Shown here: positions 63,617 through 64,000 of the stretch, in pieces
Numbering within the stretch: the stretch's first letter is position 1
How the letters are laid out: each line of letters opens with the position of its first letter
Assembly (NCBI GenBank): GCA_040437565.1
Contig: JBDOQK010000023.1
Location: 248,001 to 312,000 of the forward strand
Reading direction: 5' to 3'
Source of the DNA: Albugo candida
Lineage: Eukaryota
DNA: 64,000 nt
The notes under the pieces: model-generated
The model's input: the letters and a program-made list of their open reading frames with translations, nothing else
What the model was told of the DNA's origin: nothing
Databases searched by the model: none
Made by a program: the position numbers and the translations under genes

Positions 63617-64000
63617 TCAACACAATTGTGCTCCATCGTCGCTATCTTCCAAGTCATCAAATGCGCTGATATGTGCTGCGTGAGACAATTTGTCAAGACC
63701 TGTCAATTCTTCCAGATATGTCGCTGAATTGGACGCATTTTGCAAAAACTCAAAAGCGTTCGAGTGAAAAGCTTCCAACACTTTATCGCTGCATGCAATG
63801 CATTTGTCAAAAGCGACTCCCACGACCGGAACGACGCTGAAGCTGTTTATATAACCACGAAGCTGATGTGGTATGTAGCCTAAAGCCTCTGACGTGTGTT
63901 CCACAACGTCTCCTCTTTGGTCGGGTGAATGTAATACTGCGACTAAAAGTTCCACAGCGTTAGCTGAAGCTATCGGTGCGACGCCAGGACGTGTCACTGT
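63617..64000 (-). CDS. 3' end of a hypothetical protein
   Basis: Open frame of at least 126 codons from the window edge to the stop at 63617; helical, protein-like composition. Confidence 0.55.
   Translation of the reverse strand, partial: TVTRPGVAPIASANAVELLVAVLHSPDQRGDVVEHTSEALGYIPHQLRGYINSFSVVPVVGVAFDKCIACSDKVLEAFHSNAFEFLQNASNSATYLEELTGLDKLSHAAHISAFDDLEDSDDGAQLC

Overview
Eukaryotic nuclear DNA from an oomycete draft assembly. The compact layout, 50-60 nt GT-AG introns and gene families suggest Albugo (inference). There are 13 gaps of exactly 100 N; the last 9 are each flanked by a direct duplication, which are unmerged contig overlaps and not biology. Recognisable genes: SDHA, a KRE6/SKN1 GH16 protein, a meiotic HORMA protein (Hop1/Asy1), two HGGG zinc-finger repeat proteins, mitochondrial AspRS, GET3, a NOP2/Sun m5C methyltransferase, SPF30/SMNDC1, a PH-domain/glutathione peroxidase fusion, a divergent Rab, coproporphyrinogen oxidase, PRMT5 and a secreted Pro-rich repeat protein. 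Two gene-sparse blocks (about 1-6.6 kb and 20.9-31.2 kb) hold LINE and Gypsy relics, pseudogenes and candidate secreted proteins. The most interesting items are a three-exon Orai/CRAC Ca2+ channel homologue with altered gating residues, a GBP-like protein with all G-motifs degenerate, a secreted pepsin-fold pseudoprotease, and an ultra-compact run of five co-oriented genes. No rRNA, tRNA or CRISPR was seen. All homology calls come from reading motifs by eye; no searches were run.
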